Source: a virus
Reading direction: 5' to 3' (one strand)
IMG/VR virus record: IMGVR_UViG_3300031823_000004
Span: 17,341 to 81,340 of that record
Length of the DNA: 64,000 bases
Position 1 is the first letter of the stretch. Each line of letters begins with the position of its first letter. Below the pieces are notes generated by a model that saw only the letters and a program-made list of their open reading frames with translations, did no database searches and was not told the DNA's origin. Below, piece by piece: positions 27,152-37,014 of the stretch. The translations under genes and the position numbers were made by a program.

Positions 27152-27436
27152 TTACGTCACCATCCTCGGGTCGGTGGGGTGTGCCGGATCTTCGCGATAT
27201 TTGTCGATCAGCTTGGCCCATTCCGCTGGCGTGTGCCGCTCGCGTCCATGCCGGATCTTCAGCAGTTTGAGCCAAATCTCGTCAGGGTGGCCGGGCGTCG
27301 CCGTCATCACGACACGGCCCTTGAAGGCGACCTGCTGACCGTTGCGCAGCAGCGGAACACGCCGCGGCCGCAACGCTGCGGCATACACGGTGAGAGGGAC
27401 CGGGAAATCGGTCGTCGGCTGAACCGCATCGCTCAT
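27152..27436 (-). CDS. Hypothetical protein upstream of the sheath
   Basis: Operon spacing; C-terminal HTPAEWAKLIDKY. Confidence 0.65.
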   Translation of the reverse strand: MSDAVQPTTDFPVPLTVYAAALRPRRVPLLRNGQQVAFKGRVVMTATPGHPDEIWLKLLKIRHGRERHTPAEWAKLIDKYREDPAHPTDPRMVT

Positions 27437-27500
27437 GTCGTCAATGGCTCCGGAAGCGATTGCGGAAGGCTATCGCCCCGGCAGACACGGTCCTATGGGG

Positions 27501-29435
27501 TCAGCAATCAGTAAACGAGACGAAAACACCGCCTGGCTGCGGCAATGGCGCAGGCTCAGACGGCTCACAGGGTACTGGCGGTTCAGCGATCGAAGTCACG
27601 AAAACGCCGCCTGGCTGCGACAATGGCGTTGGTGCAGGCGACTCGCACATCACCAGTTCAAGGGTGAAGCTGACCTGCACGTCCTGGGGGGCTTGCTCGA
27701 TTTGCAGCGAGCCGCGCCCGGTCACCATGCCGAACGCCCGGCTCGCCAGCGCCACCAGGTTTGTGATGCCGACCAGGATGCTGCGCGCCGTGCCCGCAGC
27801 CGCAGACCGCGCCACGAGCTTCAGGGAGCCCGACGGCTGGGCTTTAGCCGTACCGGTACCGGTGCTGCGCGCCGTGAGGGCAGCCCCGAATGATCCGGCC
27901 GCTCGACTGGTGCCGATGCTTGCACCGCGTCCGGTCAGCGACAGAATGCCGGACGGACGGCCTTGGGCAGTGCCCGCGCCGGTCTCGCGCGCCTTCAGTG
28001 CAGCCGAAAAAGTCCCAGCCGCTCGACTGGTGCTGGTGCTTGCACCGCGTCCAAACAGCTTAGCTGCAAACGATCCGGCGCTGCGCGCGGTACCCGCACC
28101 GGTTTCCCGCGCCGTCAGCGGAACAGCGCCGGACGGCTGATCCTTGGCAGTGCCGAGGCCTGCGCCACGCGCCTTCAGCGGCACAGTGCCGGTTGGGCTG
28201 CTCCGCAAAGTCATAAGGCCGGTTGCCCGGCCGGATAGCGCAGCAGCACCGGTGGCCGTGCCCCGGGCTGTGCCGAGCCCGATCGAGCGCGCGACCAGGG
28301 CGACGAAACCACCGGTGCCGGTGATGCCGCGTATGACGCCTGTGCCCGCAGCCCGTCCGACCAGCCCAAGCACACCGACCACGCCACCACGCGCCGTGCC
28401 GATGGCGGCGGATCGCGCTTTCAGCGCGGCTGCATAGGATCCCGCACTTATGCGGCCGGTACCGGCGCCGGTTTCGCGCGCCGATAGTGCGGCTGCAAAG
28501 GCTCCAGCCGCTCGACTGGTGCCGATGCTTGCAGCGCGTCCGAATAACCCGAGTACCCCGGCTGCACTGCCGCGCGCCGTGCCGACAGCAGCAGATCGGG
28601 CCGACAGCGCAGCCGCAAACAGCCCAGCACCACGCACAGTGCCGCTGCCGGTCCCACGCGCCTTCAGCGGGACAGTGCCGGTCAATGTCAGCCGTCCGGT
28701 GCCGACACCGGTGCCACGTGCTGACAGCGCTGTCGTGCCGGTCAGCGCGGCCCGGCTGGTGCCAGCGCCGAAAGCGCGTGCGACCAGCGCCACCATCGCG
28801 GCTCCAGCCGTCACAGTGCCGCGCGCAATACCGGCGCCTGCGGCACGTGCAGCCAGCCCCACGGCACCGGCCAGCGTATCTCGACCTGTGCCGGCGCCTG
28901 TCCCGCGCGCCGCCAGTGGAACCGTACCGGTCAGTGCATCTCGACCAGTACCAGCACCGGTTTCACGTGCCTTCAGCGGAACAGTGCCGGTCAGCGCATC
29001 GCGACCGGTACCGGTACCCTCGCCGCGTCCGGTCAGCGGGACAGTGCCGGTCAGTGCGTCGCGACCGGTACCGAAGCCTGCACCACGCGCTGCCAGCGCG
29101 GCTGCATACGTTCCTGCGCTAAGGCGCCCGGTGCCAGCACCAGTCTCACGCGCCTTCAGCGGGACAGTACCGGTCAGCGCATCACGCCCAGTGCCAGCGC
29201 CGATCTCACGCGCCGCCAGCGGCACTGTGCCGGTCAGCGCGTCGCGTCCAGTGCCAGCGCCGGTTTCGCGCGCCAGCAGCGGAACGACGCCTGCTATTGC
29301 ACCGTGCGCGACACCGAGGCCTGTGCTGCGCGCCGACAGCGCGACAGTCGCCTTTGCCGCCAACTGCGGCTGGAACGCATGTATCGGCGGTTGAAAAAGC
29401 CCAGCCGGTAGTTGAAAGACGACGACTGTCGTCAT
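27501..29435 (-). CDS. Tandem-repeat (20-21 aa) virion-associated protein
   Basis: Many DALTGTVPL(A/K)ARETGAGTGR-type units. Confidence 0.75.
   Translation of the reverse strand: MTTVVVFQLPAGLFQPPIHAFQPQLAAKATVALSARSTGLGVAHGAIAGVVPLLARETGAGTGRDALTGTVPLAAREIGAGTGRDALTGTVPLKARETGAGTGRLSAGTYAAALAARGAGFGTGRDALTGTVPLTGRGEGTGTGRDALTGTVPLKARETGAGTGRDALTGTVPLAARGTGAGTGRDTLAGAVGLAARAAGAGIARGTVTAGAAMVALVARAFGAGTSRAALTGTTALSARGTGVGTGRLTLTGTVPLKARGTGSGTVRGAGLFAAALSARSAAVGTARGSAAGVLGLFGRAASIGTSRAAGAFAAALSARETGAGTGRISAGSYAAALKARSAAIGTARGGVVGVLGLVGRAAGTGVIRGITGTGGFVALVARSIGLGTARGTATGAAALSGRATGLMTLRSSPTGTVPLKARGAGLGTAKDQPSGAVPLTARETGAGTARSAGSFAAKLFGRGASTSTSRAAGTFSAALKARETGAGTAQGRPSGILSLTGRGASIGTSRAAGSFGAALTARSTGTGTAKAQPSGSLKLVARSAAAGTARSILVGITNLVALASRAFGMVTGRGSLQIEQAPQDVQVSFTLELVMCESPAPTPLSQPGGVFVTSIAEPPVPCEPSEPAPLPQPGGVFVSFTDC
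27700..29350 (-). repeat. Degenerate ~60-bp coding tandem repeat array
   Basis: Recurring acagtgccggtcagcgc...gcgccttcagcgg units. Confidence 0.8.
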
Positions 29436-29439
29436 GGGC

Positions 29440-29934
29440 TTACTTCATTTCGCGGATATGCATCTCAACGTTGTACGTGCCGGACTGGATGGCGTCGCAG
29501 CGAATGCCGAGGATGCCGGATACCGGCACCCAAATTCGGTTGTTCGGCTGGGCATTCCATTCGTAACCGGCGAGAATGTTGAAATCCCGCTGCATGGTGA
29601 TGTCGCCGACGGTGCCTGCGGTTGTCGCAGCGACACCGGTTGCCGACGTGCTCAATGTGCCGCGGAAGGTGCCAGCACCGCTTGACGAGTTGCCGGTAAA
29701 ATCGAAGATGTTGGTGCCGACTGCACCGAGGGTAACTGTCGCTCCTGCGGTCAAACGCACAACCGACACCGAGTCCATCAGCGAGTTTGTCGATGCGTTC
29801 TGGCTGATCTTGAAATAGAGTAGTTCGGCTGTGTTGGTGGACGATGCAGCGTATTGGATGCCAAGCCGGGCGGTGCCGGCGGTGACCGCGAATGAAGCTG
29901 CCCGGATACTCCACGTGCTAAGTTGATCCTGTAT
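29440..29934 (-). CDS. Beta-rich virion accessory protein (probable ATA start)
   Basis: Frame open from ATA 29934, 8 nt after TAAGGAG; C-terminal DFNILAGYEW..QP..RIWVP. Confidence 0.65.
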   Translation of the reverse strand: MQDQLSTWSIRAASFAVTAGTARLGIQYAASSTNTAELLYFKISQNASTNSLMDSVSVVRLTAGATVTLGAVGTNIFDFTGNSSSGAGTFRGTLSTSATGVAATTAGTVGDITMQRDFNILAGYEWNAQPNNRIWVPVSGILGIRCDAIQSGTYNVEMHIREMK

Positions 29935-29952
29935 GACACGTACTCCTTACAC

Positions 29953-29981
29953 TTGACCTATCATGCAAGATGTGCCATGAA
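29953..29981 (+). promoter_or_regulatory. Promoter for the HNH gene (probably leaderless transcript)
   Basis: TTGACC-N17-CATGAA, with ATG at 29989 near the predicted +1. Confidence 0.45.
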
Positions 29982-29988
29982 TAGGGGC

Positions 29989-30522
29989 ATGAAACGCTGT
30001 CCACTTCCGCCAGCAGACTATCTCAAAGCGCGACTGTCGTACAATGCGTCTACCGGAGAGGTAAGATGGAGGCCTAGACCTTTGACCGGCGATCCTTGGT
30101 TGGATTCTTACGTACGACGGTGGAACGCACGCTATAGTGAGCGCGTCGCTGGCTACATGGCTGGAGATTATCGCCAAGTTGTTATTGATTACCGTAAATA
30201 CCAAGAACACCGAGTTATATGGAAAATGGTCACAGGAGAAGAACCGCCAATAGAACTTGACCATAAGGACAGACGCAAAACACACAATGTAATATCTAAT
30301 ATGCGTCCAGCTACTCATGCTGAAAACGGTCGTAATCATGGGATACGAAAGAACAATACGTCTGGCGTTAAAGGAGTGTACTACATTCCATCGTCTGGCC
30401 GGTGGAGAGCCATGATTATGGTTGACAGAAAATGTATTCATCTCGGTATGTTTGATACATGTGAAGAAGCCGCTATGCATAGAAAACAAGCAAGCGAGCG
30501 CTACTACGGTTCTTTTGCATAG
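29989..30522 (+). CDS. HNH homing endonuclease with C-terminal AP2 domain
   Basis: HRVIW...ELDHKDR...N.ISNMR.ATHAEN, NNTSGVKGV...WRA.I...IHLGMF; AT-rich and antisense to the operon. Confidence 0.9.
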   Translation: MKRCPLPPADYLKARLSYNASTGEVRWRPRPLTGDPWLDSYVRRWNARYSERVAGYMAGDYRQVVIDYRKYQEHRVIWKMVTGEEPPIELDHKDRRKTHNVISNMRPATHAENGRNHGIRKNNTSGVKGVYYIPSSGRWRAMIMVDRKCIHLGMFDTCEEAAMHRKQASERYYGSFA

Positions 30523-30533
30523 CCTGCATAGGG

Positions 30534-32102
30534 TCAACTCCAGATTGCTACCTGTTGCGGCTGTCCGAGCACCGGAACATTCTTATTGTTGCTGGTCAGG
30601 ATGATCGCACCGTTCCAGCCTATTCCACCAGTGTGCGTTGTTGAATCGCCACCGCCGCCGCCGCCACCGCCACCAGGCCAGCCACCAGTACCACCGAGAC
30701 GGGCAGTCGTCACACCACCGGGACCACCGCTGCCACCGCCACCACCGTTCTGGTTATTGGCGCCTGGATTACCGTTCGACGTGTTCGCGACACCAGCACC
30801 GCCAGCACCACCCGAGCCACCATCGCCAGCACCGCCAGCGCCGGAGGCCGACGTTGTCGATCCCGTACTGCCTGCAACACCGGCCGCTGTCGGGCCGCCA
30901 CAGCCACCACCGCCGCCACCCCAGTCACCCGATGCAGCCGCTGAAGATCCACCGCTACCGCCGGAAAACACTGTCGTTCCCGTACTGGTGGACGCCAAAC
31001 CCCCAGCACCGCCAGTATGCGTCGATCCGGCTGATCCAGGCTGTGCGAGAACGACAGACGATCCGATGATTGTTGCAGTACCGACTGCTCCAGCCGCCCC
31101 ACCAAGCCCGACGGTTATTGCGAGTGTACCGCCAGCAGTAACCGTCACGGCCCCGGCAGCATAAGCACCGCCACCACCGCCACCACCGCCGCTCGCGGCC
31201 GCGCCGGTGACCCCGCCAGCCCCGCCACCCCAGGCCTGCCCAACACAGTTGCCGGTCCAGTTGGCTGGGATATCGACAACCGAGATGCCCGGGCCGCCGG
31301 TGTTCTGCGCAAGCACGTAAATCTGGTCAGCGTCCGTGCTGCTGTAGGTGATCTTGATCTCGGCATAACCGCCATAGCCCGAGTTGGCCGCGCAGCCGCC
31401 ACCGCCGCCCGGCGTGCCGCCGACGCCACCGGTCGAGTTGAAGGTCTCGCCTTCGCCGCCACCACCGCCGCCGCCATAGTCATAGTCGTCGCCGCCATTG
31501 CCGCCAGCGTCCGACGGCGAGCCGCCGCCAGCGCCACCACCGCCGCCAGCACCCTTGCCGCCGACACTACCCGGTGCACCAACACCGCCAGCACCGCCAA
31601 GCCCCTGGAAACCGTTGCCACCGGCTGTACCGTTGACGCCGCTGCCACTGGTCGAAACACCGGCTGTACCGCCGCCACAGCCGCCACCACCGGAGCCGCC
31701 GCCCGCGGTTGCCGCTGCCGTGCCGCCCGGCTGACCGACGCCCTGCGGACCGCCTGCGCCACCGCCACCGGCATTGCCGAGCGTGTTGCCGGTGCCGCCA
31801 GCACCGCCAGCGTTGATCAGGTTGCCGATCGCTGTTGTGGCTGATGCTCCACCAGGCGCGATGACGGTTGATGAACTGCTGAACCATGTGTCGCCGCCAG
31901 GATTGCCGATCACACCGAGCGAAAAAGGGATCGGCGTTCCAGCTACGGCCGAGAAACTATTGAGTTGGCACCACGTCGCACCAGCACCGCCATTCGTGCC
32001 ATCGCTAAGCTGTCCAGCACCCCAGCACTGCACCGTCCAATGCGCCGTGGTGCGCGGCGTGATGCTCCCGACGCCGCCCCCGATGATGTAGATGGTTGTC
32101 AC
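30534..32102 (-). CDS. Glycine-rich virion protein (two Gly-rich domains)
   Basis: VQCWGAG...GGAG and AWGGGAGG...GGGGAY...LAITVG.GG motifs. Confidence 0.8.
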   Translation of the reverse strand: MTTIYIIGGGVGSITPRTTAHWTVQCWGAGQLSDGTNGGAGATWCQLNSFSAVAGTPIPFSLGVIGNPGGDTWFSSSSTVIAPGGASATTAIGNLINAGGAGGTGNTLGNAGGGGAGGPQGVGQPGGTAAATAGGGSGGGGCGGGTAGVSTSGSGVNGTAGGNGFQGLGGAGGVGAPGSVGGKGAGGGGGAGGGSPSDAGGNGGDDYDYGGGGGGGEGETFNSTGGVGGTPGGGGGCAANSGYGGYAEIKITYSSTDADQIYVLAQNTGGPGISVVDIPANWTGNCVGQAWGGGAGGVTGAAASGGGGGGGGAYAAGAVTVTAGGTLAITVGLGGAAGAVGTATIIGSSVVLAQPGSAGSTHTGGAGGLASTSTGTTVFSGGSGGSSAAASGDWGGGGGGCGGPTAAGVAGSTGSTTSASGAGGAGDGGSGGAGGAGVANTSNGNPGANNQNGGGGGSGGPGGVTTARLGGTGGWPGGGGGGGGGDSTTHTGGIGWNGAIILTSNNKNVPVLGQPQQVAIWS

Positions 32103-32115
32103 AGGGGCTCACGAA

Positions 32116-32979
32116 TCACGCCACTGCCAGCGTCAATGCTCCTGAAGCGAAGCTGGCCGTCACGTTAATCGGGATCGACTGCTGGGTGACCTGCCGCACC
32201 ATCGCCGCGCCAGCAACCGACGTGTTCGTGCTGACGTTGAACGTGTCGGATGACAGGCCTGCAACGGTGAAAGGCGTCTCCGACGTCAGGCTGCTTGGCA
32301 CGTTGCCGCCAAACCGCGCCGTGAAAGCGACGCTCGCGCCGTTGGCCAGGTTCGGCGTCGATCCTGCGGTGATGCCGATCGCCGTAATAACTCCCGGCGA
32401 GGCCAGGGTGATCGTACACGGATACCAAGGATCATTGCCGAGCCAATCCCAATCCCACAGGTTGCCGCTGGTCACCGCGTCGTACAGACCGAACGCCACT
32501 ACCGTGCCCCAGCTTGCGGTCGCCTGTGCGAAAGCGATGATCGCATTCGTCACCGCCGTTGCCGGGCCCTGGCTGCTTGCTGCGGAGAACGCCGAGAAGG
32601 TGATCGTGTCGCCGGAACCGACAGTGCTGCTTGCGTTGGCGGACATCGTCACGGTCGTGCCGGTCGTGCTCAAAACAGTCACGGTGCCCAGTGCGGCCGG
32701 TGTCGTCGCATCGCGTATGCGCATCCCAGCCACGATCCACGACGGAACCGATGCGAAGTTCAGTACGGCGCTGCTCGATGACGTGGTGGCGTTGGTGGCC
32801 AAGCTGCCAGCGACCTGTACGCGTGCATAGCCGCCAGCGCTGACTTCAACAGCACCGCTATCGTTGTCCCCGGGTGCAGTGGTGAACAGCGCGAGCCAGC
32901 GTGCATACGTGCTGGGCATCAGCAGGCTGCCTGCGGTCGCGTTCAAAAAATTCTGCGCATTGTACCCGGTTATGGCCAT
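32116..32979 (-). CDS. Virion accessory/fibre-associated protein
   Basis: WLALFTTAP...EVSAGGYAR...TN..IAF.QATASWGTVVAFGLYDA.TSGN, a widespread phage structural motif. Confidence 0.75.
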   Translation of the reverse strand: MAITGYNAQNFLNATAGSLLMPSTYARWLALFTTAPGDNDSGAVEVSAGGYARVQVAGSLATNATTSSSSAVLNFASVPSWIVAGMRIRDATTPAALGTVTVLSTTGTTVTMSANASSTVGSGDTITFSAFSAASSQGPATAVTNAIIAFAQATASWGTVVAFGLYDAVTSGNLWDWDWLGNDPWYPCTITLASPGVITAIGITAGSTPNLANGASVAFTARFGGNVPSSLTSETPFTVAGLSSDTFNVSTNTSVAGAAMVRQVTQQSIPINVTASFASGALTLAVA

Positions 32980-32993
32980 GAAGCGCGGTCCCT

Positions 32994-33878
32994 CTACAAC
33001 TCCAGTTCCACGCACGTTTCCAGCGTGATATTCACGTCGATCGCAGCGATGGTGCCGTATCCGGTGGTAATCGTCACTGGGAAAACCCCCTCCAGTACGA
33101 GCATGATCTCTGACCAGTAGAATACCGGCGCCTGTCCGGTCCATTCCTGGCTGCTGTCTCCGGAAACCGCCTGCCACTCGTGCCGTACGTTCTGGCCCAC
33201 CACCCCGAACAGCGTCGCCTTCAGCGCGCGGAACGCAATCAGCAGCGTGTCACGATAAAAGTCGCGCTCGTCGGCGTTCTGGTCCAGCACACTGATCTGC
33301 CACACCCGCTTGGCCCAGCCCGGCAGGGTTGCCAGATTGTTGGTGTCCGGCACCAGTACGTCCTGGCCGATCGCGGTGTCGTTCTGCTGAAACAGCGCCA
33401 GGTTGACGACGACAAACGGTGTCGCTGGCCAGCCGCCCGCCGGACCTTTCGTCGTGACCTGCGCGGGCTCTATCGTCACACCGGGCGGCCTTGGCGCGTT
33501 GTCGCAGGCGGCCTGCATCAGGCGAATCAGAAGCTGTGTCATGCCGTCGGGCACGGTGACGATCGCCGAGCCCGGCGTCACCGCGGCGGTCACCGTCGTG
33601 CCGGTGTTGTCGATCCCGGTCCAGGTGTACGAAACCGCGGGGTTCAGCGGCTGCGAAGACGTCGACGGCCCGTCGCCAACGTCGACCCAGAACGGTAGCG
33701 GTGCCCCGGCATAGATTGTGGCACTGCTACTGTCCGAACCATTGCGAATAAGAGTGATACTGGTCACACCTGATGCAGGTGCGAAATTACCTTGATCGGC
33801 GCCGTAGAGTTCTAGTAAAACGCTGCCGCCGATAGGCAGGGGCGCCAGAACGATCGGCGGGCCAGCGGAGCCGGACAC
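32994..33878 (-). CDS. Tail terminator/completion-like protein
   Basis: Position after the neck genes; QISVL.QNADERD.YRD. Confidence 0.6.
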   Translation of the reverse strand: MSGSAGPPIVLAPLPIGGSVLLELYGADQGNFAPASGVTSITLIRNGSDSSSATIYAGAPLPFWVDVGDGPSTSSQPLNPAVSYTWTGIDNTGTTVTAAVTPGSAIVTVPDGMTQLLIRLMQAACDNAPRPPGVTIEPAQVTTKGPAGGWPATPFVVVNLALFQQNDTAIGQDVLVPDTNNLATLPGWAKRVWQISVLDQNADERDFYRDTLLIAFRALKATLFGVVGQNVRHEWQAVSGDSSQEWTGQAPVFYWSEIMLVLEGVFPVTITTGYGTIAAIDVNITLETCVELEL

Positions 33879-33882
33879 CGGG

Positions 33883-34425
33883 TCATCCCTCCGCTATCGC
33901 GCGCCTGGCGATCGTCGCCAGGGCCATTGCTGGTGCATACGGCATCATCGGCGGGATGATCCATGAGTCGGCAGGCGAGTTCGGGCCGAACGACGCGAAG
34001 CCGCTGGACGTGTTGGCGCGCAGTTCCGCCCACATGGAGGACTTCAGCGAAGCAGGTCCGGACCCAACACGCCGCAACCCGGTCGCCCTCAGATGCTCGA
34101 CCGAACCGACCGGGCGGTGCATCGGGATCGCACGATTGCGGAGCGAGGCGACCGTCTTCATGTCGAACGACCGGTGTCCGGTTTCGAGTACTGCTGCCTC
34201 CGGCGCAAGCTCCTCGTCGGCCAGGATCGCGATGGTTGCCGGTCCGCGCTGCTCCAGCCGCAGCGACGAGGCGTACTTGCCGGACGGGTAGATCAGACGC
34301 TTGCCGTTCAGCGCCGTGTGCCCGAGCGCGAAGTCGAGCCACATGACAAAAATCTCGACGCCGATCTGCGTAATCGTCTCGGGCGGCAGGTTCGTCCGGA
34401 TGATGTAGGAGAAACCGGTTTTCAC
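33883..34425 (-). CDS. Neck/tail-completion protein
   Basis: SGKYASS...LETG..SFDMK...SPADSWIIP. Confidence 0.65.
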   Translation of the reverse strand: MKTGFSYIIRTNLPPETITQIGVEIFVMWLDFALGHTALNGKRLIYPSGKYASSLRLEQRGPATIAILADEELAPEAAVLETGHRSFDMKTVASLRNRAIPMHRPVGSVEHLRATGLRRVGSGPASLKSSMWAELRANTSSGFASFGPNSPADSWIIPPMMPYAPAMALATIARRAIAEG

Positions 34426-35295
34426 CTAGATGGAGCCGATCAGTGTTGGGGCTGTGGCCAGCGTGCCCGTCATCTGCGCACTGCCCGCTGCCTGCGGCTC
34501 CAGCCCGCGCTGACGGGTCCAGAAATCGAGCGCCTGGAGCCGGAACCGCCGCGGCTCATTGACCGTGCCGCCGCCCAGTGGGCGGATATGCGGCAGGCCG
34601 CCGGCGACGCGGAACGCCACGTACACGGGCGCGGCCAGGAACTCCACCATGTAATTCGTCCCGGGCGGATAGCCGGTGATCGCCACCGTAGCGCCGGACA
34701 CCGTATAGCCCGACACGAGATCGACGTTCCCGCTCGACGGATCCCAGACCGTCACCGCCCCGGACGGCGCTATTGCAAGGTTCTGCTGAAAAGGCAGGTT
34801 CTGCTTTATGCCGACCTGCAACACCGCCGTGTAGCGCGTCTGCATATCGACCGGTACAAAGCGGTCGTCGACAGAGGCGTACGTCCAGCATTGCGTCGGC
34901 TGGTTCGGATCGCCGACCGCGAAATTCGGATTGGCGTATGGGATGGTGATCGACGGCTCCGTACTCTGGAATGTGCCGTACTCCTCGTTGAACCGCGTGC
35001 CGGGTTCGTCCGACGTCGGCGCCCGGTGGATGAACTCCAGGTACATCGGCATCGGCGGGCCGGGCGCGTCCCAGTAGACCCCCACACCGGAGCATTTGGT
35101 GCAGGACCGCTGGGGTGACCCTAGCTGCGGCAGCCGCCCGGCCGCTCCACCGCCCGCGTAAACGCAGGGGCAGGTATGGCTCCTCGCCCACGACACGCGC
35201 TGGGCGTTCGCCGCGATCAGCGCGTCGAAGTTCTGCGATGGCATGGAGCGCATCGTTGTCGGCAGCGCAGGGCAGGGCAGGATCACACCGGGCAT
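34426..35295 (-). CDS. Head-closure (stopper) protein with Zn-binding Cys
   Basis: FDALI...VSW..S..CPC...CTKCSGVG.YW, typical of SPO1-like neck proteins. Confidence 0.7.
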   Translation of the reverse strand: MPGVILPCPALPTTMRSMPSQNFDALIAANAQRVSWARSHTCPCVYAGGGAAGRLPQLGSPQRSCTKCSGVGVYWDAPGPPMPMYLEFIHRAPTSDEPGTRFNEEYGTFQSTEPSITIPYANPNFAVGDPNQPTQCWTYASVDDRFVPVDMQTRYTAVLQVGIKQNLPFQQNLAIAPSGAVTVWDPSSGNVDLVSGYTVSGATVAITGYPPGTNYMVEFLAAPVYVAFRVAGGLPHIRPLGGGTVNEPRRFRLQALDFWTRQRGLEPQAAGSAQMTGTLATAPTLIGSI

Positions 35296-35301
35296 TGCGG
35301 C

Positions 35302-36294
35302 CTACAGGATGTTCATGGCGAAGCCGCCGCACATCTGCTTGGCTCGCCGGGTCAGCCGATCCACCACTAACTCCTGCTGGGCGATTGCGCCAGCGAAGGC
35401 GCCCTTCGGATCGAATTTCATCTCCTGCATCAGGCCGTCCGCCTGGAGGCGCGTCGAGACGGCACCGTAGTTGACGGAAAGCTGCATGATCCCCAGCGCC
35501 GTCGTAGCCGTTTTGGCGAGCACAAGCTGCCGCATGAATTTCCAGTTGGCCTGATAGTCCGCCGCGGTCAGACCAGCGGTGTACTGGAACCACATGCCAC
35601 CAGGCACGTTCTCCGAAAATCCCAGAAAGGCCAGTTGCAAAGCGAACAGCGGCAGCATTTGCACGTCTGTCGCCGGCACGAACCGCACCAGGCCGCGTTC
35701 CGAATCCTCCACAACCCACGTCTGGGGCATCCGGAAGTACTCGTTCAGCAGCGGATAGATGAACGCCATGTTTTTCGTGCCATTGGCGTTCGTGGCATTG
35801 ATGATGCCGGTCGGATCGACAACATCCACGCCTTTCACCGGCCGCCAGCGCATCCGCTGGTACAGCCATCCGGCATCACGGGCGCGGTCAAAGAAAAAGT
35901 CGTACGCCGCTTCCTGAAAGTCGTAGTCGACCCCAAGCTGCTGGTAGTTGTATTTCGTGACCAGCCCTAAAAGCTGTGTCGCCTGCTGCGATTTGGCTGG
36001 CGGTGCGGCAATCCACGTCTGGCATAGCTTGATATTGGTGTCGTTCTCGATCTCGTCCTCGGCATAGCGGATCCATTCGGTGATGGACGGGTCGTCGATC
36101 GGAACCGGCGGATTGCCGTACATCTGGATAGGAACCTGAAGATAGGTCCGGAGATCGTTCGGTTGCAGCCCGGTTTTGGTCGAAGCACCGGAAGAGAAAT
36201 TGATGATGGTCGGCGCCTGACCGGACACCGCGGTGTTCCAGTTCCACAGTGCCTTGGTAGGAATCGGAACATAGGTATTCGGGTTGTCCGACAC
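35302..36294 (-). CDS. Head-tail adaptor protein
   Basis: DLRTYL...WIRYAEDEIE...YDF...RPV...P...FQYTAG...S...DG. Confidence 0.72.
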   Translation of the reverse strand: MSDNPNTYVPIPTKALWNWNTAVSGQAPTIINFSSGASTKTGLQPNDLRTYLQVPIQMYGNPPVPIDDPSITEWIRYAEDEIENDTNIKLCQTWIAAPPAKSQQATQLLGLVTKYNYQQLGVDYDFQEAAYDFFFDRARDAGWLYQRMRWRPVKGVDVVDPTGIINATNANGTKNMAFIYPLLNEYFRMPQTWVVEDSERGLVRFVPATDVQMLPLFALQLAFLGFSENVPGGMWFQYTAGLTAADYQANWKFMRQLVLAKTATTALGIMQLSVNYGAVSTRLQADGLMQEMKFDPKGAFAGAIAQQELVVDRLTRRAKQMCGGFAMNIL

Positions 36295-36657
36295 TTAGCC
36301 CGATCTCCCCTGTGCTTCGCGCAGGCGTTTCCGCCAGCCGGGCGTATGCGGGATCCTCTGGGCAACCCGTTCGGCGCTCTCCTGCGGCGTCTCCGGCTTG
36401 TCGTCGTCATCGTCGTCAGCCGATGCTGTCGCTGGTGCCGCAACTGGTGTTGCAGCCACCGTGCCGAACGCCTCCAGCAGCGCTTCCGGCTCGCCGCGCA
36501 GCGCCGCTACCTGTCCTTCATTCAGGGCGTCCGTCACGTAGTCGCCGTTCGGCACCCAGCGGAACGGCACACCGACAACCTCACCACCGACAGCGTGGCG
36601 GTGCCGCCAGGCAGTCCAGATACGACCATTGCGGCGCAGGCGAGCGGTGAACGTCAT
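36295..36657 (-). CDS. Hypothetical protein
   Basis: Tight operon spacing. Confidence 0.6.
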   Translation of the reverse strand: MTFTARLRRNGRIWTAWRHRHAVGGEVVGVPFRWVPNGDYVTDALNEGQVAALRGEPEALLEAFGTVAATPVAAPATASADDDDDDKPETPQESAERVAQRIPHTPGWRKRLREAQGRSG

Positions 36658-36658
36658 G

Positions 36659-36913
36659 TCAGTTGTACAGCAGAGTGAAAACCGAGTTCGGTATGATGGT
36701 TATCGAACCATCGGCGTCCTGGATTACCCAGTCCGTCGCGTTCGCTTTTTCCGTACCGGATCTGGACGGCACATGCAGCGTGCCATCACCCGGCGAGTGA
36801 AGCGCCAGGCGCTTCGCCCAGATCGGAAGGGTCGAGGCCGCGGCTGTCAAAAGGCCGCCGGACCACTGGAAAGCGTCTATCGAGACGCCGCCTTTTTGCG
36901 TGTGCGTTGCCAT
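36659..36913 (-). CDS. Hypothetical phage protein
   Basis: IDAFQW...A..TDWVIQD.DG...I.P..VF..LY, a common small phage family. Confidence 0.65.
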   Translation of the reverse strand: MATHTQKGGVSIDAFQWSGGLLTAAASTLPIWAKRLALHSPGDGTLHVPSRSGTEKANATDWVIQDADGSITIIPNSVFTLLYN

Positions 36914-36959
36914 AGCTTCAGGTTACTCCCTTCCGGACAGGTTGTCATTGCAGGCCGCC

Positions 36960-36996
36960 AAAACGAAAACGCCCCCGAACTGCTTCGGGGGCGTTT
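36960..36996 (-). terminator. Intrinsic terminator after the major capsid gene
   Basis: 13-bp stem AAACGCCCCCGAA/TTCGGGGGCGTTT, U-rich tail on the minus strand. Confidence 0.85.
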
Positions 36997-37014
36997 GACT
37001 TGAGTCCCCGGCGA

